A stretch of DNA of 64,000 nt from Takakia lepidozioides (Eukaryota > Plantae > Bryophyta), in contig CM060732.1 in NCBI GenBank assembly GCA_030704615.1, positions 44,206,001-44,270,000 on the forward strand, written 5' to 3'. Within the stretch, counting starts at the first letter, position 1. Each line of letters begins with the position of its first letter. Shown one piece after another: positions 11,959 to 25,950 of the stretch. The position numbers were made by a program, and so were the translations under genes. The notes under the pieces were generated by a model. The model was not told the DNA's origin and searched no databases. It was given only the letters and a program-made list of their open reading frames with translations.

Positions 11959-13161
11959 TAAGTCGGCGCCGACTTATCTTTGACTATGAACACAAAAAAT
12001 CAGTGTGGGTTTAAAGTCAGCACCGACTTTAACGATGGGAGAAAAACACAATATATATATATATATATATAAGTCGGCACCGACTTATCTTCGACTACGA
12101 ACATTTAAAAATCAGTGTGTGTTTAAAGTCGGCACCGACTTTACCGATGGGAGGTTCAAAAAAAAAAAAAAAAAAAAAAAAAAACTATAAGTCGGCGCCG
12201 ACTTATCTTCGATTATGAACACAAAAAATCAGTGTGGGTTTAAAGCCAACACCGACTTTAACGTTGGGAGAAAACAAAACCGAAAAATAAACAGACAAAC
12301 TATAAATCGGCGCCGACTTATTCAAGTTTGAACACAAAAAATCAGTTTTTCTTTAAAAAAAAATAAAAACCTATAAGTCGGCGCCGACTAAATACTATAT
12401 TTCATCCAAATAATGTTGTTTTTATCTTTGCTCATGAATTTTTGCTCATGCTCATGGGTATAAAGTTCCCATTGCTGGTTTTTGTGTTCATAATCGAGGA
12501 TAAGTCAGCGCCGACTAATGGTTTTTTATTTCTTTTTCTTTTTCTTTGCTTCTTTGGTTAAAAATGGGTGCCGACTTTAGACCCAAGCTGATTTTTCCAG
12601 TTCATAATCGAGGATAAGTCGGTGCCAACTAATAGTTTTTATTCATTTTTATTTATTTATTTTTGGCTCATTTGGTTAAAGGCGTTGTTGACTTTAAACC
12701 TTAGCTGATTTTTGGAGTTCATAATGGAGGATAAGTCGGCGCCGACTAATAGTTTTTTTTTGGCTCCTTTGGTTATAGTCGGTGCCGACTTTAAACCCAA
12801 GCTGATTTTTTTTGTTCATGATCGCGGATAAGTCGGCGCCATTTTTATTTTTATTTTTTATTTTTTATTTTTTCCGCTCCCTTGGTTAAAGTCGGTGCCG
12901 ACCTTAAACCCAGACTGATTTTTTGTGTTCATAGTCGAAGATAAGTCGGCGCCGACTAATTTTTATTTATTTATTTTTCCCTCCCATCGTTAAAGTTGGT
13001 GCTGATTTTAAATCCAAACTGTTATTTTGGGTTCATAGTTGAAGATAAGTCGGCGCCAACTAATAGTTTTTTTTTCTGATTTTTTTTTTTTTCCATTCTC
13101 TGATGAACTTAAACCCAAACTGATCTTTTGTGATAGTCGAAGATAAGTCGACGCCGACTAA
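11959..13161. repeat. Foldback-like array of ~115-bp units built on palindromes
   Basis: About 20 copies of TAAGTCGGCGCCGACTTA or its variant TAAAGTCGGCACCGACTTTA. Units face one way at 11959-12390 and the opposite way at ~12480-13161. Confidence 0.9.
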
Positions 13162-15289
13162 TAGATTTATTATTATTATTACTATTGTCTTAAAACTATT
13201 TACCTTTCTGATGAATATGTATGAGTTCGAAGAACTAATATGTTTGCATGAAACAATTTCTTTTCTCTTGGGCACTTGTAGTTTTTAAGTTTGTCCTCAC
13301 GACATAACGCAGAAATGATTGTTAAATATGAAGGTGCTTCAGCCCGGTGTGGAAGCCTGTAGTTGCGCATCATTATCACCACGAATGTTGGTTTCAGAAA
13401 AGAAGGGTGTACAAGGCAGTTTGGTGAAAACAAGATTTTGGTTTGGAGTGTGTTTCCGAACGGGTTTATGTAAATGGTTGGAGTACAAAAGTTAGCAACC
13501 GTTGAGAAACCTTTGAACGCGCATCGTTGTCTTCATTTCCATGCCTTTCATATATGTTAGATGAACCATCTGAGGGTAAACTCGGGATAATCAGTTTTCA
13601 TGGGACGTCCGCAATGAGGTTTGCAAATGCAACTACCCAGATTACAAACAGAAAAGGAGGGCTGAGAACAAGGTTGGTGAGACCTAGGTAGTCCCAAGAT
13701 GGTGCTTGCTTAACCTACGAGGGATTGCTTAGGTTTATCCTACATTTCTGATCTCTAGCTTTTGTAAGCACTGACACATAATAAACTCGTGGATACTGAG
13801 CTATGGGAGAAGTCAGAACGGCAATCAAGTGTTGAAGCAAAGTTTCGAATTCTTGGAGTGCTGAACCGTGGTCTACTGAAGCCATAAAGTACTTCCGACA
13901 AATATCCAAATGAGTCAATCACTGGTCTGCTCATGTTGTGAAGACCGTTGGTATGACATGACAGCAGCTATGCCGCAACTTTATCTGTGTCCATTTCAAG
14001 AACAAATAGCTTTTTACTTTGTACTACTATGCACACAAACCACTCATATGTTGAACAAACATGGTCACGACCTTACAACACACATACGACGTTATAAACC
14101 TTATGGTAACCATCCCTCCCAACCTAACATGAGAATATATGCTTCATTCAACTAAATCTATACTAAACATCATATACCATGAGTAAATAATAGATTCTTA
14201 CCTAACTTCTCCAGCCTTAGTTCAATAGATTGTTGTGTCTTTCACAAATTAAGACACTAGAGAAGTATGGTCCAGAAAAAGGCAAGGCATACACCGCTTC
14301 CTTCAACCTCCCCCAATAACGAATGTGGTGGTATAGTCTGTGGCGACTATAACACCTTACCTTCAAGCCACGGTCATAGGCGTTTACCTCCTATTTTCGT
14401 GGACTGTTACTAAGATGCATGAAGTCGGCAGTTTTGGTTGCTGACCTCCACCTTCGAGGTGGTTCGATGTAGGTTTGGGCGAGGATCGGGAACCTCTGCT
14501 CATGCTCATGTGCTCACCGCTCATGCTTATGGATTTGCAACCCCCACAAGAGGTGTGCACATCTAAATGATTTTTTAAATTTATTTCATCATTCATCCAA
14601 ATTTACATTTAACCTTCTAGCATCTAGGATTCTCATGTGAGAATGCAACGATAAAACCTTCAAGTTTCCTATAGATAAGCAATGTGTAAAATGTGGTACA
14701 AAAATATGCAAGCATATAATGTGACTATATTTCGATAGACATATTGTAAACTTTGTATTCAATATCTATTATATTGTGAATTAGCCGCACAAATGTATGG
14801 TCATAGAATTCCATCACTACATGATTTTTTTTATTTTTTTTATTTTTGGGGGGGGTAAACGACGCCGTTGTGTCGTTACCGCTAGTCCGGTCGCCACTAT
14901 GAGTCCAACACTCCGAGACGTAGTTCACAACTTCACAATCTGACCGTGCAGTCGTTGAAACGACTTGCTAGTTATTTTTGAACTAGTGATTAGTGCTCGT
15001 GTCGTACAAGATCGTAACTATTCAGCAACATGAAGCAACGCGGCTACGGCGCGTGTCCTGCCTTCAAGAGAACATGTGGAATTTTCACACCGAACCACGC
15101 GGCTGTATTTCCGGCGTGCACACGGTGGGGAAGTCGGAATCCTCCGGTCAAAAGTCCACTGTGGTCAAGGTCCAAGATTCAGTCAACGCTTAAAAATTAC
15201 CCTGCAGTCGGCGTCACGACTGACTCGAACGACTCCGACCACGTAATGACCGGAACGACTGGGCTGTCCGATAGGTTCCAGCTCTTGCG

Positions 15290-17990
15290 GTCTCGACATC
15301 AAGGAAGAAAATATTCTTAATGTTGATTTTTTTTTTTTCTGTTTCCGGATGACATTCAATGTGGTCCGCCATGCCACACTCCTCATATCATCAAACTACC
15401 CATCTGTGATCATATTTAAATCTAACGAAATGATTGTTTTGTGAGTAACCCCCAAACCTTCACAAGAAATTTTCAACCTGTGTTACTCATCAAACTCTTT
15501 ACATGTAGCTTCATTTTAAGTTTCCAACCATTTTTTGTTTCCATTCCTAGAAGAAAATCTTAAAACCAGGAGCTCCCTCTCTCTATTCATCACCAAAATC
15601 TGCACTGCGTTTGGACTCTGCATATGCAAATATAATCAAGATAAATTGTCAAGACAGAGATGATATTATAGTTTCAAATATGTCAAACTGTAGGAATGTG
15701 ATTGAATTCAATGAATGCATGTCAAATCTCTCGTGTCCACGAAAGTGTCTTCATAAAGAGAAAGTGAGATATATTTCTCTCTCTCTATCTTTCTATCTTC
15801 ATTTTTGTACTTGAGGACCAAGATCCTACAATAAGTACAATTCCTCCCCCCATCTTTATTTCGTTGTATCTAGGTGTAGTACACAATGCTAAACACATTG
15901 CATTGTAGAAGATTATCATAAGCTCTAGTTTTAATTACTAAAATTCAATTTAATTTATTTATTTATACGTGTAATTTAAAGGATCGTTGGAGTTGGTCGT
16001 CCCGAATTTTGTAAAAATAATTTGAATTTGTTTTATATAATATCGGGATGGCGAGAACTGGCCCTCCTAACAAACGACAGTGTCTATGCGAGGAATTTTT
16101 TAATTTATTTTTTAATATTTTATTTATTTTCGGTTCGGACGACCATGACGGTCGTTTCTACTTATCAACATTCAATTTAATTAAATTATTTTAATACTGT
16201 ATTTTTAGGATCGCCGAAGTTGGACGTCCCGAATATAAAATAATTTTAAATTATTTTTTGTATAATATTGGGACCGCAAAGCTGGCTGTTCCAATTTTTA
16301 AAGTTTTTAAAAGTTTCATCTGGTTTAAATTTAGTTTTTTAAAGTTTCATCTGGTTTAAATTTGATATCATCAGCTTTGGCTATCCCGATTATTGTAAAT
16401 TTAAAAATTTAAAATACAAAAAAATTGGCACCAACAGCTCTGGCTGTCCTAAATTTATCAATTGTTTTTCAAAAAAATGAAAAAATTAGGACTTGTCAGC
16501 TCTCGTGATCACGATTTTATTCGGAAAAAAAAAAAAAAAAGGACCGTCAGCTTTGGCGATCTCGACATCAAAGAAAAAAATATTCTTGATGTTGATTTTT
16601 TCTTGTTCTCTTTCTGACGACATCCAATGTGGTCCGCCATACCACACTCCTTACATCATCAAACTACCTATCTGTGATCATGATTTAAATGACAACACAA
16701 AGAAGAGAGTGTAATGCATGATTTTAACATGCAGATCTTCCTCATCATCTTGGGCTTTTGAGGAGGCCCCTTAGTCACTAGGTCGCGGCCATGGGGCTGA
16801 CAGTTCTTACATTCCCAGCGGAATGACACACCTACAAAGAGGTCTGTCAAGTTTAACCGAAATGACAGAGCTCTAGAAGTCTTGCGAGCTGATTTTAAAG
16901 CCCCCAAAATATTTGGCTTGCTATTTTATGACAAAGCCCCACTAATGAGTGTCCACTGAATATAGTCTTCATGACATATTTTATCAGCCAGCAGTTGGTA
17001 TGAATGCAAATGATTACTTTGTGAGTAATCCCAAAACATTCACAAGAAACTTCAACATGTGTTGTTCATCAAACTCTATACATGTAGCTTCATTTTAAGT
17101 ATCCAACTTTTTTTGCTTCTATTCCTAAAAAAAAATACTAAAACCAGAAGATCGATTTCTCTATTCTCTACCAAAATCTGCATTGTGTTTGGACTCTACA
17201 TGTGCAAGTACAATCAAGATAAATTGCCAAGACAAAGACAATATTGTGGTTTCAAATATATCAGACTGTAGGAATCTGATTGACTTCAATGAATCCATGT
17301 TTATTTGTCTTGTCTATGATGGTGTCTCTCATGAGAGAAATTCAGGGAGATTTCTCTCTCTCTCTCTCTCCATTTTTCCACCTAACGACCAAGATCCTAC
17401 AATAAGTATAATTCGTCCCCCCATCTTTATCTCACTGCATCTAGGTACAATGCACAATGCTAAACACATTACATTGTAGAAGATTATCATAAGCTCTAGT
17501 TTTAGGCTCTAATTTTTAATTACTAAAATTAAGTTTTATTTATTTATTTATATGTGTAATTTTTAGGATCGTCGGAGTTGATCATCTCGAATTTTGTAAA
17601 ATAGAATTGAATTTTTTTTGTATAATATCGGAACGACGAGAGCTGACCCTTCCAATTTTTTTAATTTTTTAAAGTTTTGTCAGGTTTAAATTTAATATCG
17701 TCAGAGCTGGCAATCATGATCATTTTATTTTAATTGTAAAATTTTCGCCAAAAAGTTGAATTTCTACGATATATATATATATATATATAAACAATTTGGA
17801 TGGATAAAATTGGGACCGCCGGTTCAATAATTAAAATAATCAGGATCGCCGATTTTAATTGAAAAAAACAAAACAAACAAAATAATTTTCTCACCGTCTT
17901 GCTATTATGTTAATAAAATAAAATAAAATAAACAATTAATAAACAATTAAAAAATCAAAATCGCCATTTGGCGGTCCTGATTTATTAAAG
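15290..17990. repeat. Right arm of the long inverted repeat, containing a ~1.25 kb direct duplication
   Basis: 15290-16050 recurs at ~16550-17650 (e.g. CAATGTGGTCCGCCAT at ~15357 and ~16625). The second copy has an extra ~315 bp at ~16691-17007. The AT-rich modules are reverse complements of those at 8050-9500. Confidence 0.75.
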
Positions 17991-19937
17991 AAATCTATAT
18001 ATATGGGCCGCAAACTAAGGAGGCCGATAGGGTCTGTAATAAATGTCTTATTGTCCATTATGGATAATCAAATTTGATCGTAAATGCTCATTCTCCAAAT
18101 ATACTCAGGCGTTTGGCCATCTACTCTGCTGGAATATCCTCAAACGCTTAATGCTCTATCTCTGGCCACATGTTGCACAGCTCCTAGCACTTCTCTCTAC
18201 CAAAATACAACTCAGAATTTTCATCAGCGGATCACCAATGTGCTAAGCATACTATCAACATCCTCCGTGACCTCTTCAGAACATATGTGCCTGCCTCTCG
18301 ATCAATTCTGGCTCAGCATTCTCCAATTGCCCCCCATTGTTGCAACCAGTCCTCTATCTTCTCTAACTTCCAAACTAACTTGTGGGCATGTTATTTGTAG
18401 ACCCAAGACCTATTTGTAGACCCAAGACCTGTGTCTCCACATATGGATTACCCTATCAATGAATCAAGTATCCCCGAAAAAAACCATCAATTGGGCAAGC
18501 AGCCACAAACACTATACAGGAACGTCACTCCATCGTCAACCTCATATACTTTATGGGACAACGTCTAATTTTGGTAGTCAGCTGCGTTCATCCCTGGTAC
18601 TTACAACTGCTGACTCGGACTCTTTCCCTTCCCATATGTCATATATTGCAGTGCTGCATTTGGCAATTTCTAACACCCCCAATCCTCTATGGATGGACTC
18701 ACTTGGTGTGTGCTACAAATAGGGTTGTTTCTCTGAACCCCAGTTACATTGAAATGATATGTGTGTCGGAATTTATATGCGGGACATCTGCTCAGTCAAC
18801 AACCAACACTTATAACAAACAGACAACCCCAGCGACTATACCACGACACCATCAAGGGAAGTTTTTTACCACCATGCTAAATGTTCTAGTCATGTTGCTC
18901 TCCACTTAAAGTATCAACTTTGGATGTATGTCTATGCCCCAACTCGTGTTTGCCACTATATTGATCTACACCCTTATCATCCCACTAGCGGTTACCCTGA
19001 TTATCAATTTTGTTTTGGATGTCGTCGGGTTTGGTTAACAAGTGGCCTAGTCTGTGTTTAAGGCAGTCAATGGGTGGGTTGATTACAGGGTTGAAGATGG
19101 CTTTGTGGGCACTTTTAGGGTGTTTGTATAGTAGTTGGCCAAAGGAGGCGATAAATGTTTTGTGGCTGGCGGTGGCTTGTTGTTTCGTGATAAGATAAGC
19201 AACTTTCTTTGCTTCTCGGGCAAGTTTGGAAATGTAGACGGTCCATTGTGAAAGAGGGGATGAGTCTTCAGGTGGGGGCACTGTTGGGAGAGAGGGCAGG
19301 TGAGGGTTCCTCCGTTTGAGTTGCTAAGATGAGAGATCGTATACAGGTATCGGGTTGACTGCTTTGAGTGTGGCGGAAAGGATATATGTGGAGAGGAAGA
19401 GGAATTGGTTGGTGATGCGATTGTGGTCTTGGTCGGGCGTGGATAATGATGCTAGATGGTCTCCGAGAATTTTATGTACAACCCCGGTTTTGGAATTTAA
19501 GAGGTTAAGGGAGGTGTGGATTTCGGATAAGTAGTTTGGGGGGGGGGGGGGGGGGCAAATAATTGTGGGGGAGCGGAGGCAGCCTCTGTAATTGGTGGAG
19601 AAGGGAGCGGATTTGGGAGGTTGAATGTGAGTGGAGGTATCTATTACATGTCTTTGGAAGAGGGGAAATGGTGATGATAAGGGAGAAGAGGAGGTGTGAT
19701 GCAGGGAAAGTTTTGAGTTTTAAGAGGGTTTTAGAAAGTGTTGGGTAGCAGCTACACGGGAGTCCAAATGTTGTGATGTATTGCGTGGATGTATGATCAG
19801 TGGGTTGGTCGTGTGAAAAAAAGGGGTGAAGTGGTCTAAAATATGACAATAGTTATGCATGAGCGACGTGGTGTCCAGCTGGAAGTATAGAGCGTATTTA
19901 TTTTGTACGTCCGTAGGGAGTTTCATGAGTTCGCTTA

Positions 19938-20339
19938 GAGCCTGTTTCCATGTAGACCCGACCCCTTCCAATGACATTATCGTTGGAATGGGTTTGACCC
20001 AAGGCCCGACTGTTGACTTGGCGACGGGTCCGTCCATGTAACCAACCCATCTCCCAAGATGAGCCGGTTGTGTTGCCAGTCTCCTTACATCCATGCAAGC
20101 TTCATACACAAGAGAGAGACATATTCGGCAGGTGATCGCCAAAACCAACTTGCTATAGCAGAAGAAAGTCAAAGATCGGGACCCGATCTCCCAATTTCCA
20201 GCTTTTCACGGAGAGTTGGGAGATTGGACCCGAGATAGGGTTTGGGTCGGGGTTTTGCATATAGAAGTGCCCGGCGGACGTTCAAAACCCAGCCATGACA
20301 TCATCATTTGGCCGGGTTTGACCACATGGAAGGATGCCC
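19938..20339. mobile_element. Tourist/PIF-Harbinger-like MITE nested in the LINE
   Basis: TTA TSD at 19935-19937 and 20340-20342. Imperfect TIR GAGCCTGTTTCCATGTAGAC versus GGGCATCCTTCCATGTGGTC (14/20). Its removal restores the host LINE reading frame. Confidence 0.75.
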
Positions 20340-21013
20340 TTATAGTGGTAGGTCCTGGGTTTGGGTGGATGTCTCCACCAGTGTTGGACCGGTATATGGG
20401 GACGAGGCGGGGTATCAGCACGAGTAAGCTGGGTATTGCAGCAGGGTACCAGACAAGGTGCGTATAAGAAACTGGCAATACCCCGGGAAAAACATATTGG
20501 GGGCAATATAATAAAACACTAATACTTGGGCTCCTACCAGACCAGCCTGGTATCACAAAGAACGCAGCTTTGTCGATACCAGTACCCTGTCTTCCGCCGT
20601 CGCTTGCACCCTAGGTATCAATATGTGGAGCGTTAGGGATTTAGGGTGTAGCAATGGAGAGTTGCGGCTCTTTGATTGAGGCGATCTGAATGGCGATTTG
20701 GGGGCTGTCAATATCGAGGAAGTTGCTGATATTGATGAGATGCTCTAGGGTATGCATCTCTTTCCCTTATGCTTGCCTTTCATTGTTGTTTACTTTACTC
20801 ATGGAGGGTATAGGATGCATTACTAAACTCTGAGCACATGAACTGCCTCCCAAAATTGTCTCCTGAAATCATCTTAGACTTATGAGGATGCCTTGTTTTC
20901 TAGTTTTCTTGTTGGTTGCATGGTGGCTGGTGTCCATGCAGCTGCAGATTTCTTATCTGCTTGTATGCTACTGGGATTCTACTTTGTAACTACCATGGAA
21001 GGGTACTCATTCA

Positions 21014-24000
21014 GTGAGTTTGAGCTGGCATGTCTGGCGGATGAAGGTGGAGATACTGAAGTCAGGATCTGATGTGGAGGGGCCTACTGAAACAGTGGCT
21101 AACGTTCAGGCTGCTCAGGAGAGTGCCTTGTGGCGGGTGAAGGATGCTGGGTTGCAGGAGAATGCAAGATTTTGGGTTCCTTATCCAGGAATGCCTCGGC
21201 GTGAGCCTGGTGATGTCAGCACAGCCAGGCTCATGCCATGTCACCAGCTGATTCGCCACGTCACCGCTCGTGCACGCCACGTCACGTCACCAGGCTCCCA
21301 TCGCGCCGAGGAAGAAACAGAGTGTATTTCCGCGGAATAGCACCCTTCACCGCGGGAACACGCAAGACTACAAATTAACAGAATGTGGTCATTCCCCACT
21401 GAAAGCGTCAGATGAAGGTAGGATGGATGAACGAATATTGGATGAAATTTGGATGGATGAATACAAACAATGCAAAGGATAGATGAATGGGCGTTGGATG
21501 AATATGAAATGGATGAATGTTAAGTGGATGATTTTGTAATGTACGAATGTGCTGTGGTTGAAAATGTCATGAGTGTGTGGGTTTGATGGGATGTATTCAT
21601 GAATTTGAATGCTCCTCCAGTACAAGTGGAGAATCTACTACATTTTCCATTCTGCCGGAACAAGTCGGATGCAGTCCGATCAATTTAAACTTGCATTATG
21701 AGTTCGAAAAAAAACCATGAAAACTGCGAAGGTCAATATAACTCCGAGTCACTACAATCTATCCCCGCCTCCTCTGCATCCAAGTCTGAGACTGGAGATT
21801 ATAGGGAAAGTCTTGAGACAATATCGAGGTTGATTAAACAGGAGTACGAGAGCAACCCATTCGCAACCACATCTGTAATAGCTCTTGCCGCAAGCAAGAG
21901 CTTCTTGGACAGCCATTTTTTCTGTGCAGTGGATTCTGTGGGAAGTAAACTTGATGGACCAGCATTGGACATTGTCATGGATCATTTCTCCACATTGAGT
22001 TCACCCAACATTCGCCATCAGGTGAATGCATTGAGAATGCACTATGGAAATAGAGGCTACATTGACAACATTCTGGAATTGAAAGGAATGAACAAGTACG
22101 ACTACATCCAGGACAGTGTGTTTCCAGGGCAAGGAGCGACAAAAGTATATCTTTTCAAAATGTCCACAATTAGGGAGGGCAATGTCTGTTCCATTGGACC
22201 CAATCTCTGGAGAAACATACAAAAGCGGATATCAAACCTGAAATGCAGACATAACATCGTAAGTTGTGCAAAGAGTACAAAGATGCGAAATCAATGGCGG
22301 AGGCGAATACATTGTTCCAGACAATTCGTACCTGGTGGTTCTCTTTAGGAGCAGCATCACTTGAGAGTATGAGAGCGTTGGAAGATTGGTTGACGTTTTG
22401 GCACTTCCGGTACAGATAGTAGGGAGCATCCATGACAACGGTACGTCTCTAGTACTGCATGCATTACCATATCGTTCCAGCTTGGTGCAGATCTGCATAT
22501 GCTTGGGTGGTGTTGTAACCTCTTTGATATTCTGAAGTGTATTTTCTACTTTGCAGAACATGTCCATTGAGGAAATGGCAGACATGTCATCTTGCAATTT
22601 GGCAGAGATAGTGCACAACGCATGGTTGCAACAGTCCGGGAAACGGGGTCGGGGTTTGTATGTGGCAACAACAGATGATCTCATACGTGCACTCCAACAA
22701 CAAACCAGATATCGTGACTTCTTGAAAGGAGGCGTTGGTGGGAAGGGTCCGGACAAACAAGAGTTGATGTTGCGTGCTGCAAGCAGATCAGGGGATCCAA
22801 GCAAGATAGCACGGGCGTTGGACATGTATTCCAAAGGAACGCCTCTTGTGTCTAGAGTTCCACATCTGGAAGGGGAAGAGCAACCAGTTTGGGCAAGAGA
22901 GGTAAATTCGTACCTTGCAAACATTTGTACTTCATCTTTGTGAAGATGATGGTTTGTGATCCCAAACGTGACAATTTCATCCACTAGGCGACAATGAGTT
23001 TCAACGAGATCAATACTCTCTTACAACGGGATACAAGCACATAAGTAGACGACTTCCTGTTTCTGGAATGTGGTGAATGTGCAGTCCGGTATCGGAAATC
23101 TCTATTCAGGTTGGTTTGGACTGTGAGTATGTAAAGGGTGCAACCATGATGTGTAATGTGTAGTTGGAACATTGTCACTATAAAACATTTCAATTCAATA
23201 GCAACATTCGTGAGGTTGTGGAATGATATGGCAGGCCGTCTCCCTCCATTATGCTTCCAATTGTATAATATGTGTGCTCTCTTTGGCAATTTTATGGATC
23301 TCATGCATCATTGGTCCTGTGGTCTATATGTGCTTCTTTCCAATGTTATCCAAATTGTCAATGTTATTTGGGGAGGGTCGGGGTGTTCCTATGTTGTCAT
23401 GTATGCCATTGAAGTTGTGAGGTTAGTTTGTCGTCCTTGTGATTGTAATTGTCAAAATTACAATATTAATTGCAGATTATTGTGGAATGGATGCCACAAT
23501 TGTGGGCTTATTTCCCGTTTTGGGAGTTTCATGGTACTCTTCATGTTATTCACCAAATGATTGCCCAAGTTAATCCCACGGCCATAGGACCTTCGGGAAT
23601 AGGGTCCTTATGTTTTTGCTAACGTGGCGAATGCTGACGTGGCACCACCTCAGCACCCAACTCCATGTCAGCCTGTTGACATCAGGCTCACACCACGTCA
23701 ACAGGACTGTGGGTTCACGCCACCTCTGCAGCCGTGATCGTATGCTCACACCACGTCACCAATGTGTGAGCGTACGCTCACGCGCAAAACTCACGCCGTT
23801 GCGTCGTTGTTCCTAATCATTGCAGCAGCAGTGTGTGGGCGTTCTTTAGATTGCTGAAGGAAGACCAAGTTGTTGATGTTGCAGCTGTGCAAGTCATGAG
23901 GTGTGTCATTTGTTGTCCACAAGCTCGGACATCCAGTGAGTCCCAGCGCAGCACTGGCAGCACTACCCGCTCCCGCAAGGGCATCGTGCAATATTATCTA

Positions 24001-25950
24001 GCGCATGGTTCCACCAGTATGAAGAAACATCTTCATAATGAGCACCCTTGCTGATTTCGAGCGATTTATTGTTGAGTCAACATCTGGTGAAGCTGATGCA
24101 AGACAAAAGTCCAAAAACGCAAAGGGGTTCATCCTTCTGCCATAATTGAGTATTTTGGAGGAGAAGATACTGGTTATCGAAAACAAGACCCTCCTCAACT
24201 AAAATTCATAGAGGACTTGGTTCTTTTCATTGCAAAGGGCTATGAGTCTTTATGTGTTGTAGAATCCCCTTGGTTGCGGAGATTGGTTATGCGCAGGGAT
24301 CCCAAGATTAGATTTCCGGCCACCAGAAAAGCCCTAGTGAGAGAGCACATCCCTCATATGCTAGCTTAGACCATGGAGCTATATGTTTTGCCTGCTCTTG
24401 CTACCTGTGCCACTGCTAGCGTGACATTCGACTTGTGGATGTCAAGGGCAGGACTGGATACCTTTGCCCTTGTAGTTAACATTATTGACGATCAGTTGCA
24501 GCCACAACATGTTACTGTGGGCTTGTTCGAGGCACCAGACACTGTCGGGTCTGCTTTGGCTGGTCTTGTTAAACCCTTGCTTGCTCAACACAAACTCACA
24601 GACAAAATACTAGCCTACGTCAAGGATGAGGGATCAAACTTTGTTACTCTTGCTTCTGCTCTGTCAACCGTGGTCACCTGTGCCCCATTACAGCTGCAAA
24701 AACCTTTTGTTGGGTACTGTTTTGGTCATGCTTCGTATGTTACTAATGATACCAAGGTTTGTGCGGGTATGAAAGAAGTGTCCTTGAAGAATGCTCAGAC
24801 TACACTCCAGAAAAACCATCACATGGACTAAGAAGTCCGGGAAGGGCCGTCAGGAATGGGATCGAGCTTGCATCGACGCATGCCAGCCTACTACTCAAGA
24901 CACCAGTAAAAACAAGGTTTGCCAGCAAAGTTGTGCTATTTCAGGAAACACTGACTTGCGCAAATGCGATTAACATTTGTTATGGCAGGCAAAGTTTGTT
25001 GCTACAAGCTTGGGTGCCTTCTGGCCTAACATGGGCCATAACTCGTGCTATGACGGAGACCTTGAATCCCCTTGTAACTTAGTGTGTTCTAAACCAAACC
25101 TGTGGATACTGTTGTCCGATGCTTTGCATGTAGCTATTATAATCTCCATTAAGTTAGCAGGTGAGGCCAACCGACGTGCAGGGGCTATCCCAGAATTACG
25201 CTATGGAGATTCGGATTCAGAACTTGAGATCCTGTATTGCAAAATGGCTCAGGAGGCTGTGAATGTCCTGAAGCCTTTTCTTGCATTTGCTGTTTATTTT
25301 CAAGCTGATAAGGCTCACAACATGGTTGCCCTTATGCTTGATCCACGCTTCAAGGGATTATAGTGTGTGACTGAGTTCATTGGAAAGGACAAAGCCAAAA
25401 TTGTTGTTCAGGAGTATGACAATAAGGCTGTAATTCCTTTGCTTGTGAAAGCTTGTAAATTTTTGAATCTAGATGTACCAGCTGTGGCAGACCAAGCGCA
25501 AGATGCACAGGCTGATTCTTTGTTTGATGCTCCAGTCAGCACAAAGGAAGTAAGCAAGGGTTTGTTACGGTCCAAGTTGTCTCTTTTTCGACGACTTGTT
25601 GTGAAGGAGGAGGAAGCAGCTTCTCCTTTGCAATGGTGGAAAGCAATTGCTTCAAGGTTCCCCAATGTGTCATTCTTGGCCAAGCAGATCTTAGCAATCC
25701 CGGGCAGCCAGATTGAGACTGAACGTATTTTTTCAGTGGCAGGAATCCTCACTAGTTTACGTCGCTGTAGATTAGGGGTTAGAAATTTGGATGCTCTAAT
25801 TATGATTTACAAGAATTGGCCAAGTGATGCACGTATGGGGTGCCCACTGGCTAAGCAATCAGTTTCATAATATTATTCTGCAAAAGCTGAGCTACTAGAG
25901 GAGTGTGAAGATGAGTTGGAGAGGCTGGCTTGTTTGAAGAAGAAGAGTAG
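21014..25950 (+). pseudogene. hAT transposase pseudogene (zf-BED, DDE core, C-terminal dimerisation domain), interrupted at ~21186-23815
   Basis: WAFF...CVIC...MKKHLHNEH (BED finger), SVTFDLWMSR, VKDEGSN, CFGH, KTRFASKV, MLDPRFK, PLQWWK...FPNVSFLAKQILAIPGSQIETERIFSVAG. Multiple stops and frameshifts. Confidence 0.9.
21186..23815 (+). mobile_element. MULE-like DNA transposon remnant nested in the hAT transposase gene
   Basis: Coding remnants FPGQGATKVYLFKMS, CLFHW (CxxH motif, ~22183), WLTFWHFRY and CNLAEIVHNAWLQQSG. GT-AG intron at 22441-22556. CCACGTCA-rich subtermini. Excision restores the hAT frame RFWVPYHCSSSVWAFF. Superfamily assignment is tentative. Confidence 0.65.

Noticed and set aside
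11959-13161. CRISPR array
   Set aside because: The palindromic repeats are separated by conserved linkers or homopolymers rather than unique spacers, orientation flips mid-array, no cas genes are present and the context is eukaryotic.
20633-20647. Interstitial telomere repeat
   Set aside because: Only two TTAGGG-like units, which is expected by chance or as a telo-box.
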